A stretch of 64,000 nucleotides of DNA from Auanema rhodensis (Eukaryota > Animalia > Nematoda): the NCBI GenBank assembly GCA_964057225.1, contig OZ059900.1:16244001-16308000 (forward strand), given 5' to 3'. The position numbers and the translations under genes are program-made. Positions 13,888-29,700 of this stretch are shown piece by piece; the stretch's first letter is position 1, and every line of letters starts with the position of its first letter. The notes beneath the pieces are model-generated. The model made no database searches. It was given only the letters and a program-made list of their open reading frames with translations, and was not told the DNA's origin.

Positions 13888-16800
13888 TAAGTTTCATTGA
13901 CATTGCATGAGTTTGAACACATGAAATCGTAAGTCAAAACCTTGTTTACAGCGAAATTTCCAAAAACTGGTTTTCCAGCATAATAAAATATTTCTCATGG
14001 GAAATACTGTGTTTTTGTATTTTTCTAGTGTTCAGCTTGTAAAATGCTTCATTTTAGTATGTAACACGCTGAAATTCGTTGCATTTGACGACTCATATGA
14101 ACAAAAATCGATTTAATCAATATTAGCCATAAGGGGCGTGCCCTCAGAATATGCTAATTTCCTTAATTTTCTAACCCCTGTTTTTTTGTCGTGAAAGTGG
14201 AACTAGACGTTGTACGAACAATTTTAAGCTAGGTTTCATTGACATTGCATGAGTTTGAACACATGAAATCGTAAGTCAAAACCTTGTTTACAGCGAAATT
14301 TCCAAAAACTGGTTTTCCAGCATAATAAAATATTTCTCATGGGAAATACTGTGTTTTTGTATTTTTCTAGTGTTCAGCTTGTAAAATGCTTCATTTTAGT
14401 ATGTAACACGCTGAAATTCGTTGCATTTGACGACTCATATGAACAAAAATCGATTTAATCAATATTAGCCATAAGGGGCGTGCCCTCAGAATATGCTAAT
14501 TTCCTTAATTTTCTAACCCCTGTTTTTTTGTCGTGAAAGTGGAACTAGACGTTGTACGAACAATTTTAAGCTAGGTTTCATTGACATTGCATGAGTTTGA
14601 ACACATGAAATCGTAAGTCAAAACCTTGTTTACATCGAAATTTCCAAAAACTGGTTTTCCAGCATAATAAAATATTTCTCATGGGAAATACTGTGTTTTT
14701 GTATTGTTCTAGTGTTCAGCATGTAAAATGCTTCATTTTAGTATGTAACACGCTGAAATTCGTTGCATTTGACGACTCATATGAACAAAAATCGATTTAA
14801 TCAATATTAGCCATAAGGGGCGTGCCCTCAGAATATGCTTATTTCCTTAATTTTCTAACCCCTGTTTTTTTGTCGTGAAAGTGGAACTAGACGTTGTACG
14901 AACAATTTTGAGCTAGGTTTCATTGACATTGCATGAGTTTGAACACATGAAATCGTAAGTCAAAACCTTGTTTACAGCGAAATTTCCAAAAACTGGTTTT
15001 CCAGCATAATAAAATATTTCTCATGGGAAATACTGTGTTTTTGTATTTTTCTAGTGTTCAGCATGTAAAATGCTTCATTTTAGTATGTAACACGCTGAAA
15101 TTCGTTGCATTTGACGACTCATATGAACAAAAATCGATTTAATCAATATTAGCCATAAGGGGCGTGCCCTCAGAATATGCTAATTTCCTTAATTTTCTAA
15201 CCCCTGTTTTTTTGTCGTGAAAGTGGAACTAGACGTTGTACGAACAATTTTGAGCTAAGTTTCATTGACATTGCATGAGTTTGAACACATGAAATCGTAA
15301 GTCAAAACCTTGTTTACAGCGAAATTTCCAAAAACTGGTTTTCCAGCATAATAAAATATTTCTCATGGGAAATACTGTGTTTTTGTTTTTTTCTAGTGTT
15401 CAGCATGTAAAATGCTTCATTTTAGTATGTAACACGCTGAAATTCGTTGCATTTGACGACTCATATGAACAAAAATCGATTTAATCAATATTAGCCATAA
15501 GGGGCGTGCCCTCAGAATATGCTAATTTCCTTAATTTTCTAACCCCTGTTTTTTTGTCGTGAAAGTGGAACTAGACGTTGTACGAACAATTTTGAGCTAG
15601 GTTTCATTGACATTGCAAGAGTTTGAACACATGAAATCGTAAGTCAAAACCTTGTTTACAGCGAAATTTCCAAAAACTGGTTTTCCAGCATAATAAAATA
15701 TTTCTCATGGGAAATACTGTGTTTTTGTATTTTTCTAGTGTTCAGCTTGTAAAATGCTTCATTTTAGTATGTAACACGCTGAAATTCGTTGCATTTGACG
15801 ACTCATATGAACAAAAATCGATTTAATCAATATTAGCCATAAGGGGCGTGCCCTCAGAATATGCTAATTTCCTTAATTTTCTAACCCCTGTTTTTTTGTC
15901 GTGAAAGTGGAACTAGACGTTGTACGAACAATTTTAAGCTAGGTTTCATTGACATTGCATGAGTTTGAACACATGAAATCGTAAGTCAAAACCTTGTTTA
16001 CAGCGAAATTTCCAAAAACTGGTTTTCCAGCATAATAAAATATTTCTCATGGGAAATACTGTGTTTTTGTATTTTTCTAGTGTTAAGCTTGTAAAATGCT
16101 TCATTTTAGTATGTAACACGCTGAAATTCGTTGCATTTGACGACTCATATGAACAAAAATCGATTTAATCAATATTAGCCATAAGGGGCGTGCCCTCAGA
16201 ATATGCTAATTTCCTTAATTTTCTAACCCCTGTTTTTTTGTCGTGAAAGTGGAACTAGACGTTGTACGAACAATTTTAAGCTAGGTTTCATTGACATTGC
16301 ATGAGTTTGAACACATGAAATCGTAAGTGAAAACCTTGTTTACATCGAAATTTCCAAAAACTGGTTTTCCAGCATAATAAAATATTTCTCATGGGAAATA
16401 CTGTGTTTTTGTATTGTTCTAGTGTTCAGCATGTAAAATGCTTCATTTTAGTATGTAACACGCTGAAATTCGTTGCATTTGACGACTCATATGAACAAAA
16501 ATCGATTTAATCAATATTAGCCATAAGGGGCGTGCCCTCAGAATATGCTTATTTCCTTAATTTTCTAACCCCTGTTTTTTTGTCGTGAAAGTGGAACTAG
16601 ACGTTGTACGAACAATTTTGAGCTAGGTTTCATTGACATTGCATGAGTTTGAACACATGAAATCGTAAGTCAAAACCTTGTTTACAGCGAAATTTCCAAA
16701 AACTGGTTTTCCAGCATAATAAAATATTTCTCATGGGAAATACTGTGTTTTTGTATTTTTCTAGTGTTCAGCATGTAAAATGCTTCATATTAGTATGTAA

Positions 16801-19800
16801 CACGCTGAAATTCGTTGCATTTGACGACTCATATGAACAAAAATCGATTTAATCAATATTAGCCATAAGGGGCGTGCCCTCAGAATATGCTAATTTCCTT
16901 AATTTTCTAACCCCTGTTTTTTTGTCGTGAAAGTGGAACTAGACGTTGTACGAACAATTTTGAGCTAAGTTTCATTGACATTGCATGAGTTTGAACACAT
17001 GAAATCGTAAGTCAAAACCTTGTTTACAGCGAAATTTCCAAAAACTGGTTTTCCAGCATAATAAAATATTTCTCATGGGAAATACTGTGTTTTTGTTTTT
17101 TTCTAGTGTTCAGCATGTAAAATGCTTCATTTAAGTATGTAACATGCAGAAATTCGTTGCATTTGACGACTCATATGAACAAAAATCGATTTAATCAATA
17201 TTAGCCATAAGGGGCGTGCCCTCAGAATATGCTAATTTCCTTAATTTTCTAACCCCTGTTTTTTTGTCGTGAAAGTGGAACTAGACGTTGTACGAACAAT
17301 TTTGAGCTAGGTTTCATTGACATTGCATGAGTTTGAACACATGAAATCGTAAGTCAAAACCTTGTTTACAGCGAAATTTCCAAAAACTGGTTTTCCAGCA
17401 TAATAAAATATTTCTCATGGGAAATACTGTGTTTTTGTATTTTTCTAGTGTTCAGCATGTAAAATGCTTCATTTTAGTATGTAACACGCTGAAATTCGTT
17501 GCATTTGACGACTCATATGAACAAAAATCGATTTAATCAATATTAGCCATAAGGGGCGTGCCCTCAGAATATGCTAATTTCCTTAATTTTCTAACCCCTG
17601 TTTTTTTGTCGTGAAAGTGGAACTAGACGTTGTACGAACAATTTTGAGCTAGGTTTCATTGACATTGCATGAGTTTGAACACATGAAATCGTAAGTCAAA
17701 ACCTTGTTTACAGCGAAATTTCCAAAAACTGGTTTTCCAGCATAATAAAATATTTCTCATGGGAAATACTGTGTTTTTGTATTTTTCTAGTGTTCAGCAT
17801 GTAAAATGCTTCATTTTAGTATGTAACACGCTGTAATTCGTTGCATTTGACGACTCATATGAACAAAAATCGATTTAATCAATATTAGCCATAAGGGGCG
17901 TGCCCTCAGAATATGCTAATTTCCTTAATTTTCTAACCCCTGTTTTTTTGTCGTGAAAATGGAACTAGACGTTGTACAAACAATTTTGAGCTAGGTTTCA
18001 TTGACATTGCATGAGTTTGAACACATGAAATCGTAAGTCAAAACCTTGTTTACAGCGAAATTTCCAAAAACTGGTTTTCCAGCATAATAAAATATTTCTC
18101 ATGGGAAATACTGTGTTTTTGTATTTTTCTAGTGTTCAGCATGTAAAATGCTTCATTTTAGTATGTAACACGCTGAAATTCGTTGCATTTGACGACTCAT
18201 ATGAACAAAAATCGATTTAATCAATATTAGCCATAAGGGGCGTGCCCTCAGAATATGCTAATTTCCTTAATTTTCTAACCCCTGTTTTTTTGTCGTGAAA
18301 GTGGAACTAGACGTTGTACGAACAATTTTGAGCTAGGTTTCATTGACATTGCATGAGTTTGAACACATGAAATCGTAAGTCAAAACCTTGTTTACAGCGA
18401 AATTTCCCAAAACTGGTTTTCCAGCATAATAAAATATTTCTCATGGGAAATACTGTGTTTTTGTATTTTTCTAGTGTTCAGCATGTAAAATGCTTCATTT
18501 TAGTATGTAACACGCTGAAATTCGTTGCATTTGACGACTCATATGAACAAAAATCGATTTAATCAATATTAGCCATAAGGGGCGTGCCCTCAGAATATGC
18601 TAATTTCCTTAATTTTCTAACCCCTGTTTTTTTGTCGTGAAAGTGGAACTAGACGTTGTACAAACAATTTTGAGCTAGGTTTCATTGACATTGCATGAGT
18701 TTGAACACATGAAATCGTAAGTCAAAACCTTGTTTACAGCGAAATTTCCAAAAACTGGTTTTCCAGCATAATAAAATATTTCTCATGGGAAATACTGTGT
18801 TTTTGTATTTTTCTAGTGTTCAGCATGTAAAATGCTTCATTTTAGTATGTAACACGCTGAAATTCGTTGCATTTGACGACTCATATGAACAAAAATCGAT
18901 TTAATCAATATTAGCCATAAGGGGCGTGCCCTCAGAATATGCTAATTTCCTTAATTTTCTAACCCTTGTTTTTTTGTCGTGAAAGTGGAACTAGACGTTG
19001 TACGAACAATTTTGAGCTAGGTTTCATTGACATTGCATGAGTTTGAACACATGAAATCGTAAGTCAAAACCTTGTTTACAGCGAAATTTCCAAAAACTGG
19101 TTTTCCAGCATAATAAAATATTTCTCATGGGAAATACTGTGTTTTTGTATTTTTCTAGTGTTCAGCATGTAAAATGCTTCATTTTAGTATGTAACACGCT
19201 GAAATTCGTTGCATTTGACGACTCATATGAACAAAAATCGATTTAATCAATATTAGCCATAAGGGGCGTGCCCTCAGAATATGCTAATTTCCTTAATTTT
19301 CTAACCCCTGTTTTTTTGTCGTGAAAGTGGAACTAGACGTTGTACAAACAATTTTGAGCTAGGTTTCATTGACATTGCATGAGTTTGAACACATGAAATC
19401 GTAAGTCAAAACCTTGTTTACAGCGAAATTTCCAAAAACTGGTTTTCCAGCATAATAAAATATTTCTCATGGGAAATACTGTGTTTTTGTATTTTTCTAG
19501 TGTTCAGCATGTAAAATGCTTCATTTTAGTATGTAACACGCTGAAATTCGTTGCATTTGACGACTCATATGAACAAAAATCGATTTAATCAATATTAGCC
19601 ATAAGGGGCGTGCCCTCAGAATATGCTAATTTCCTTAATTTTCTAACCCTTGTTTTTTTGTCGTGAAAGTGGAACTAGACGTTGTACGAACAATTTTGAG
19701 CTAAGTTTCATTGACATTGCATGAGTTTGAACACATGAAATCGTAAGTCAAAACCTTGTTTACAGCGAAATTTCCAAAAACTGGTTTTCCAGCATAATAA

Positions 19801-22800
19801 AATATTTCTCATGGGAAATACTGTGTTTTTGTATTTTTCTAGTGTTCAGCATGTAAAATGCTTCATTTTAGTATGTAACACGCTGAAATTCGTTGCATTT
19901 GACGACTCATATGAACAAAAATCGATTTAATCAATATTAGCCATAAGGGGCGTGCCCTCAGAATATGCTAATTTCCTTAATTTTCTAACCCCTGTTTTTT
20001 TGTCGTGAAAGTGGAACTAGACGTTGTACGAACAATTTTGAGCTAAGTTTCATTGACATTGCATGAGTTTGAACACATGAAATCGTAAGTCAAAACCTTG
20101 TTTACAGCGAAATTTCCAAAAACTGGTTTTCCAGCATAATAAAATATTTCTCATGGGAAATACTGTGTTTTTGTTTTTTTCTAGTGTTCAGCATGTGAAA
20201 TGCTTCATTTTAGTATGTAACATGCAGAAATTCGTTGCATTTGACGACTCATATGAACAAAAATCGATTTAATGAATATTAGCCATAAGGGGCGTGCCCT
20301 CAGAATATGCTAATTTCCTTAATTTTCTAACCCCTGTTTTTTTGTCGTGAAAGTGGAACTAGACGTTGTACGAACAATTTTGAGCTAGGTTTCATTGACA
20401 TTGCATGAGTTTGAACACATGAAATCGTAAGTCAAAACCTTGTTTACAGCGAAATTTCCAAAAACTGGTTTTCCAGCATAATAAAATATTTCTCATGGGA
20501 AATACTGTGTTTTTGTATTTTTCTAGTGTTCAGCATGTAAAATGCTTCATTTTAGTATGTAACACGCTGAAATTCGTTGCATTTGACGACTCATATGAAC
20601 AAAAATCGATTTAATCAATATTAGCCATAAGGGGCGTGCCCTCAGAATATGCTAATTTCCTTAATTTTCTAACCCCTGTTTTTTTGTCGTGAAAGTGGAA
20701 CTAGACGTTGTACGAACAATTTTGAGCTAGGTTTCATTGACATTGCATGAGTTTGAACACATGAAATCGTAAGTCAAAACCTTGTTTACAGCGAAATTTC
20801 CAAAAACTGGTTTTCCAGCATAATAAAATATTTCTCATGGGAAATACTGTGTTTTTGTATTTTTCTAGTGTTCAGCATGTAAAATGCTTTATTTTAGTAT
20901 GTAACACGCTGTAATTCGTTGCATTTGACGACTCATATGAACAAAAATCGATTTAATCAATATTAGCCATAAGGGGCGTGCCCTCAGAATATGCTAATTT
21001 CCTTAATTTTCTAACCCCTGTTTTTTTGTCGTGAAAGTGGAACTAGACGTTGTACAAACAATTTTGAGCTAGGTTTCATTGACATTGCATGAGTTTGAAC
21101 ACATGAAATCGTAAGTCAAAACCTTGTTTACAGCGAAATTTCCAAAAACTGGTTTTCCAGCATAATAAAATATTTCTCATGGGAAATACTGTGTTTTTGT
21201 ATTTTTCTAGTGTTCAGCATGTAAAATGCTTCATTTTAGTATGTAACACGCTGAAATTCGTTGCATTTGACGACTCATATGAACAAAAATCGATTTAATC
21301 AATATTAGCCATAAGGGGCGTGCCCTCAGAATATGCTAATTTCCTTAATTTTCTAACCCCTGTTTTTTTGTCGTGAAAGTGGAACTAGACGTTGTACGAA
21401 CAATTTTGAGCTAAGTTTCATTGACATTGCATGAGTTTGAACACATGAAATCGTAAGTCAAAACCTTGTTTACAGCGAAATTTCCAAAAACTGGTTTTCC
21501 AGCATAATAAAATATTTCTCATGGGAAATACTGTGTTTTTGTTTTTTTCTAGTGTTCAGCATGTAAAATGCTTCATTTTAGTATGTAACATGCAGAAATT
21601 CGTTGCATTTGACGACTCATATGAACAAAAATCGATTTAATCAATATTAGCCATAAGGGGCGTGCCCTCAGAATATGCTAATTTCCTTAATTTTCTAACC
21701 CCTGTTTTTTTGTCGTGAAAGTGGAACTAGACGTTGTACGAACAATTTTGAGCTAGGTTTCATTGACATTGCATGAGTTTGAACACATGAAATCGTAAGT
21801 CAAAACCTTGTTTACAGCGAAATTTCCAAAAACTGGTTTTCCAGCATAATAAAATATTTCTCATGGGAAATACTGTGTTTTTGTATTTTCCTAGTGTTCA
21901 GCATGTAAAATGCTTCATTTTAGTATGTAACACGCTGAAATTCGTTGCATTTGACGACTCATATGAACAAAAATCGATTTAATCAATATTAGCCATAAGG
22001 GGCGTGCCCTCAGAATATGCTAATTTCCTTAATTTTCTAACCCCTGTTTTTTTGTCGTGAAAGTGGAACTAGACGTTGTACGAACAATTTTGAGCTAGGT
22101 TTCATTGACATTGCATGAGTTTGAACACATGAAATCGTAAGTCAAAACCTTGTTTACAGCGAAATTTCCAAAAACTGGTTTTCCAGCATAATAAAATATT
22201 TCTCATGGGAAATACTGTGTTTTTGTATTTTTCTAGTGTTCAGCATGTAAAATGCTTCATTTTAGTATGTAACACGCTGTAATTCGTTGCATTTGACGAC
22301 TCATATGAACAAAAATCGATTTAATCAATATTAGCCATAAGGGGCGTGCCCTCAGAATATGCTAATTTCCTTAATTTTCTAACCCCTGTTTTTTTGTCGT
22401 GAAAGTGGAACTAGACGTTGTACAAACAATTTTGAGCTAGGTTTCATTGACATTGCATGAGTTTGAACACATGAAATCGTAAGTCAAAACCTTGTTTACA
22501 GCGAAATTTCCAAAAACTGGTTTTCCAGCATAATAAAATATTTCTCATGGGAAATACTGTGTTTTTGTATTTTTCTAGTGTTCAGCATGTAAAATGCTTC
22601 ATTTTAGTATGTAACACGCTGAAATTCGTTGCATTTGACGACTCATATGAACAAAAATCGATTTAATCAATATTAGCCATAAGGGGCGTGCCCTCAGAAT
22701 ATGCTAATTTCCTTAATTTTCTAACCCCTGTTTTTTTGTCGTGAAAGTGGAACTAGACGTTGTACGAACAATTTTGAGCTAGGTTTCATTGACATTGCAT

Positions 22801-23799
22801 GAGTTTGAACACATGAAATCGTAAGTCAAAACCTTGTTTACAGCGAAATTTCCAAAAACTGGTTTTCCAGCATAATAAAATATTTCTCATGGGAAATACT
22901 GTGTTTTTGTATTTTTCTAGTGTTCAGCATGTAAAATGCTTCATTTTAGTATGTAACACGCTGAAATTCGTTGCATTTGACGACTCATATGAACAAAAAT
23001 CGATTTAATCAATATTAGCCATAAGGGGCGTGCCCTCAGAATATGCTAATTTCCTTAATTTTCTAACCCCTGTTTTTTTGTCGTGAAAGTGGAACTAGAC
23101 GTTGTACAAACAATTTTGAGCTAGGTTTCATTGACATTGCATGAGTTTGAACACATGAAATCGTAAGTCAAAACCTTGTTTACAGCGAAATTTCCAAAAA
23201 CTGGTTTTCCAGCATAATAAAATATTTCTCATGGGAAATACTGTGTTTTTGTATTTTTCTAGTGTTCAGCATGTAAAATGCTTCATTTTAGTATGTAACA
23301 CGCTGAAATTCGTTGCATTTGACGACTCATATGAACAAAAATCGATTTAATCAATATTAGCCATAAGGGGCGTGCCCTCAGAATATGCTAATTTCCTTAA
23401 TTTTCTAACCCCTGTTTTTTTGTCGTGAAAGTGGAACTAGACGTTGTACAAACAATTTTGAGCTAGGTTTCATTGACATTGCATGAGTTTGAACACATGA
23501 AATCGTAAGTCAAAACCTTGTTTACAGCGAAATTTCCAAAAACTGGTTTTCCAGCATAATAAAATATTTCTCATGGGAAATACTGTGTTTTTGTATTTTT
23601 CTAGTGGTCAGCATGTAAAATGCTTCATTTTAGTATGTAACACGCTGAAATTCGTTGCATTTGACGACTCATATGAACAAAAATCGATTTAATCAATATT
23701 AGCCATAAGGGGCGTGCCCTCAGAATATGCTAATTTCCTTAATTTTCTAACCCCTGTTTTTTTGTCGTGAAAGTGGAACTAGACGTTGTACGAACAATT

Positions 23800-26700
23800 T
23801 TGAGCTAAGTTTCATTGACATTGCATGAGTTTGAACACATGAAATCGTAAGTCAAAACCTTGTTTACAGCGAAATTTCCAAAAACTGGTTTTCCAGCATA
23901 ATAAAATATTTCTCATGGGAAATACTGTGTTTTTGTATTTTTCTAGTGTTCAGCATGTAAAATGCTTCATTTTAGTATGTAACACGCTGAAATTCGTTGC
24001 ATTTGACGACTCATATGAACAAAAATCGATTTAATCAATATTAGTCATAAGGGGCGTGCCCTCAGAATATGCTAATTTCCTTAATTTTCTAACCCCTGTT
24101 TTTTTGTCGTGAAAGTGGAACTAGACGTTGTACGAACAATTTTGAGCTAGGTTTCATTGACATTGCATGAGTTTGAACACATGAAATCGTAAGTCAAAAC
24201 CTTGTTTACAGCGAAATTTCCAAAAACTGGTTTTCCAGCATAATAAAATATTTTTCATGGGAAATACTGTGTTTTTGTATTTTTCTAGTGTTCAGCATGT
24301 AAAATGCTTCATTTTAGTATGTAACACGCTGAAATTCGTTGCATTTGACGACTCATATGAACAAAAATCGATTTAATCAATATTAGCAATAAGGGGCGTG
24401 CCCTCAGAATATGCTAATTTCCTTAATTTTCTAACCCCTGTTTTTTTGTCGTGAAAGTGGAACTAGACGTTGTACGAACAATTTTGAGCTAGGTTTCATT
24501 GACATTGCATGAGTTTGAACACATGAAATCGTAAGTCAAACCTTGTTTACAGCGAAATTTCCAAAAACTGGTTTTTCAGCATAATAAAATATTTCTCATG
24601 GGAAATACTGTGTTTTTGTATTTTTCTAGTGTTCAGCATGTAAAATGCTTCATTTAAGTATGTAACACGCTGAAATTCGTTGCATTTGACGACTCATATG
24701 AACAAAAATCGATTTAATCAATATTAGCCATAAGGGGCGTGCCCTCAGAATATGCTAATTTCCTTAATTTTCTAACCCCTGTTTTTTTGTCGTGAAAGTG
24801 GAACTAGACGTTGTACGAACAATTTTGAGCTAAGTTTCATTGACATTGCATGAGTTTGAACACATGAAATCGTAAGTCAAAACCTTGTTTACAGCGAAAT
24901 TTCCAAAAACTGGTTTTCCAGCATAATAAAATATTTCTCATGGGAAATACTGTGTTTTTGTATTTTTCTAGTGTTCAGCATGTAAAATGCTTCATTTTAG
25001 TATGTAACACGCTGAAATTCGTTGCATTTGACGACTCATATGAACAAAAATCGATTTAATCAATATTAGCCATAAGGGGCGTGCCCTCAGAATATGCTAA
25101 TTTCCTTAATTTTCTAACCCCTGTTTTTTTGTCGTGAAAGTGGAACTAGACGTTGTACGAACAATTTTGAGCTAAGTTTCATTGACATTGCATGAGTTTG
25201 AACACATGAAATCGTAAGTCAAAACCTTGTTTACAGCGAAATTTCCAAAAACTGGTTTTCCAGCATAATAAAATATTTCTCATGGGAAATACTGTGTTTT
25301 TGTATTTTTCTAGTGTTCAGCATGTAAAATGCTTCATTTTAGTATGTAACACGCTGAAATTCGTTGCATTTGACGACTCATATGAACAAAAATCGATTTA
25401 ATCAATATTAGCCATAAGGGGCGTGCCCTCAGAATATGCTAATTTCCTTAATTTTCTAACCCCTGTTTTTTTGTCGTGAAAGTGGAACTAGACGTTGTAC
25501 GAACAATTTTGAGCTAGGTTTCATTGACATTGCATGAGTTTGAACACATGAAATCGTAAGTCAAAACCTTGTTTACAGCGAAATTTCCAAAAACTGGTTT
25601 TCCAGCATAATAAAATATTTTTCATGGGAAATACTGTGTTTTTGTATTTTTCTAGTGTTCAGCATGTAAAATGCTTCATTTTAGTATGTAACACGCTGAA
25701 ATTCGTTGCATTTGACGACTCATATGAACAAAAATCGATTTAATCAATATTAGCAATAAGGGGCGTGCCCTCAGAATATGCTAATTTCCTTAATTTTCTA
25801 ACCCCTGTTTTTTTGTCGTGAAAGTGGAACTAGACGTTGTACGAACAATTTTGAGCTAGGTTTCATTGACATTGCATGAGTTTGAACACATGAAATCGTA
25901 AGTCAAACCTTGTTTACAGCGAAATTTCCAAAAACTGGTTTTTCAGCATAATAAAATATTTCTCATGGGAAATACTGTGTTTTTGTATTTTTCTAGTGTT
26001 CAGCATGTAAAATGCTTCATTTAAGTATGTAACACGCTGAAATTCGTTGCATTTGACGACTCATATGAACAAAAATCGATTTAATCAATATTAGCCATAA
26101 GGGGCGTGCCCTCAGAATATGCTAATTTCCTTAATTTTCTAACCCCTGTTTTTTTGTCGTGAAAGTGGAACTAGACGTTGTACGAACAATTTTGAGCTAA
26201 GTTTCATTGACATTGCATGAGTTTGAACACATGAAATCGTAAGTCAAAACCTTGTTTACAGCGAAATTTCCAAAAACTGGTTTTTCAGCATAATAAAATA
26301 TTTCTCATGGGAAATACTGTGTTTTTGTATTTTTCTAGTGTTCAGCATGTAAAATGCTTCATTTAAGTATGTAACACGCTGAAATTCGTTGCATTTGACG
26401 ACTCATATGAACAAAAATCGATTTAATCAATATTAGCCATAAGGGGCGTGCCCTCAGAATATGCTAATTTCCTTAATTTTCTAACCCCTGTTTTTTTGTC
26501 GTGAAAGTGGAACTAGACGTTGTACGAACAATTTTGAGCTAAGTTTCATTGACATTGCATGAGTTTGAACGCATGAAATCGTAAGTCAAAACCTTGTTTA
26601 CAGCGAAATTTCCAAAAACTGGTTTTCCAGCATAATAAAATATTTCTCATGGGAAATACTGTGTTTTTGTATTTTTCTAGTGTTCAGCATGTAAAATGCT

Positions 26701-29700
26701 TCATTTTAGTATGTAACACGCTGAAATTCGTTGCATTTGACGACTCATATGAACAAAAATCGATTTAATCAATATTAGCCATAAGGGGCGTGCCCTCAGA
26801 ATATGCTAATTTCCTTAATTTTCTAACCCCTGTTTTTTTGTCGTGAAAGTGGAACTAGACGTTGTACAAACAATTTTGAGCTAGGTTTCATTGACATTGG
26901 ATGAGTTTGAACACATGAAATCGTAAGTCAAAACCTTGTTTACAGCGAAATTTCCAAAAACTGGTTTTCCAGCATAATAAAATATTTCTCATGGGAAATA
27001 CTGTGTTTTTGTATTTTTCTAGTGTTCAGCATGTAAAATGCTTCATTTTAGTATGTAACACGCTGAAATTCGTTGCATTTGACGACTCATATGAACAAAA
27101 ATCGATTTAATCAATATTAGCCATAAGGGGCGTGCCCTCAGAATATGCTAATTTCCTTAATTTTCTAACCCCTGTTTTTTTGTCGTGAAAGTGGAACTAG
27201 ACGTTGTACAAACAATTTTGAGCTAGGTTTCATTGACATTGCATGAGTTTGAACACATGAAATCGTAAGTCAAAACCTTGTTTACAGCGAAATTTCCAAA
27301 AACTGGTTTTCCAGCATAATAAAATATTTCTCATGGGAAATACTGTGTTTTTGTATTTTTCTAGTGTTCAGCATGTAAAATGCTTCATTTTAGTATGTAA
27401 CACGCTGAAATTCGTTGCATTTGACGACTCATATGAACAAAAATCGATTTAATCAATATTAGCCATAAGGGGCGTGCCCTCAGAATATGCTAATTTCCTT
27501 AATTTTCTAACCCCTGTTTTTTTGTCGTGAAAGTGGAACTAGACGTTGTACGAACAATTTTGAGCTAGGTTTCATTGACATTGCATGAGTTTGAACACAT
27601 GAAATCGTAAGTCAAAACCTTGTTTACAGCGAAATTTCCAAAAACTGGTTTTCCAGCATAATAAAATATTTTTCATGGGAAATACTGTGTTTTTGTATTT
27701 TTCTAGTGTTCAGCATGTAAAATGCTTCATTTTAGTATGTAACACGCTGAAATTCGTTGCATTTGACGACTCATATGAACAAAAATCGATTTAATCAATA
27801 TTAGCAATAAGGGGCGTGCCCTCAGAATATGCTAATTTCCTTAATTTTCTAACCCCTGTTTTTTTGTCGTGAAAGTGGAACTAGACGTTGTACGAACAAT
27901 TTTGAGCTAGGTTTCATTGACATTGCATGAGTTTGAACACATGAAATCGTAAGTCAAACCTTGTTTACAGCGAAATTTCCAAAAACTGGTTTTTCAGCAT
28001 AATAAAATATTTCTCATGGGAAATACTGTGTTTTTGTATTTTTCTAGTGTTCAGCATGTAAAATGCTTCATTTAAGTATGTAACACGCTGAAATTCGTTG
28101 CATTTGACGACTCATATGAACAAAAATCGATTTAATCAATATTAGCCATAAGGGGCGTGCCCTCAGAATATGCTAATTTCCTTAATTTTCTAACCCCTGT
28201 TTTTTTGTCGTGAAAGTGGAACTAGACGTTGTACGAACAATTTTGAGCTAAGTTTCATTGACATTGCATGAGTTTGAACACATGAAATCGTAAGTCAAAA
28301 CCTTGTTTACAGCGAAATTTCCAAAAACTGGTTTTCCAGCATAATAAAATATTTCTCATGGGAAATACTGTGTTTTTGTATTTTTCTAGTGTTCAGCATG
28401 TAAAATGCTTCATTTTAGTATGTAACACGCTGAAATTCGTTGCATTTGACGACTCATATGAACAAAAATCGATTTAATCAATATTAGCCATAAGGGGCGT
28501 GCCCTCAGAATATGCTAATTTCCTTAATTTTCTAACCCCTGTTTTTTTGTCGTGAAAGTGGAACTAGACGTTGTACGAACAATTTTGAGCTAAGTTTCAT
28601 TGACATTGCATGAGTTTGAACACATGAAATCGTAAGTCAAAACCTTGTTTACAGCGAAATTTCCAAAAACTGGTTTTCCAGCATAATAAAATATTTCTCA
28701 TGGGAAATACTGTGTTTTTGTATTTTTCTAGTGTTCAGCATGTAAAATGCTTCATTTTAGTATGTAACACGCTGAAATTCGTTGCATTTGACGACTCATA
28801 TGAACAAAAATCGATTTAATCAATATTAGCCATAAGGGGCGTGCCCTCAGAATATGCTAATTTCCTTAATTTTCTAACCCCTGTTTTTTTGTCGTGAAAG
28901 TGGAACTAGACGTTGTACGAACAATTTTGAGCTAGGTTTCATTGACATTGCATGAGTTTGAACACATGAAATCGTAAGTCAAAACCTTGTTTACAGCGAA
29001 ATTTCCAAAAACTGGTTTTCCAGCATAATAAAATATTTTTCATGGGAAATACTGTGTTTTTGTATTTTTCTAGTGTTCAGCATGTAAAATGCTTCATTTT
29101 AGTATGTAACACGCTGAAATTCGTTGCATTTGACGACTCATATGAACAAAAATCGATTTAATCAATATTAGCAATAAGGGGCGTGCCCTCAGAATATGCT
29201 AATTTCCTTAATTTTCTAACCCCTGTTTTTTTGTCGTGAAAGTGGAACTAGACGTTGTACGAACAATTTTGAGCTAGGTTTCATTGACATTGCATGAGTT
29301 TGAACACATGAAATCGTAAGTCAAACCTTGTTTACAGCGAAATTTCCAAAAACTGGTTTTTCAGCATAATAAAATATTTCTCATGGGAAATACTGTGTTT
29401 TTGTATTTTTCTAGTGTTCAGCATGTAAAATGCTTCATTTAAGTATGTAACACGCTGAAATTCGTTGCATTTGACGACTCATATGAACAAAAATCGATTT
29501 AATCAATATTAGCCATAAGGGGCGTGCCCTCAGAATATGCTAATTTCCTTAATTTTCTAACCCCTGTTTTTTTGTCGTGAAAGTGGAACTAGACGTTGTA
29601 CGAACAATTTTGAGCTAAGTTTCATTGACATTGCATGAGTTTGAACACATGAAATCGTAAGTCAAAACCTTGTTTACAGCGAAATTTCCAAAAACTGGTT

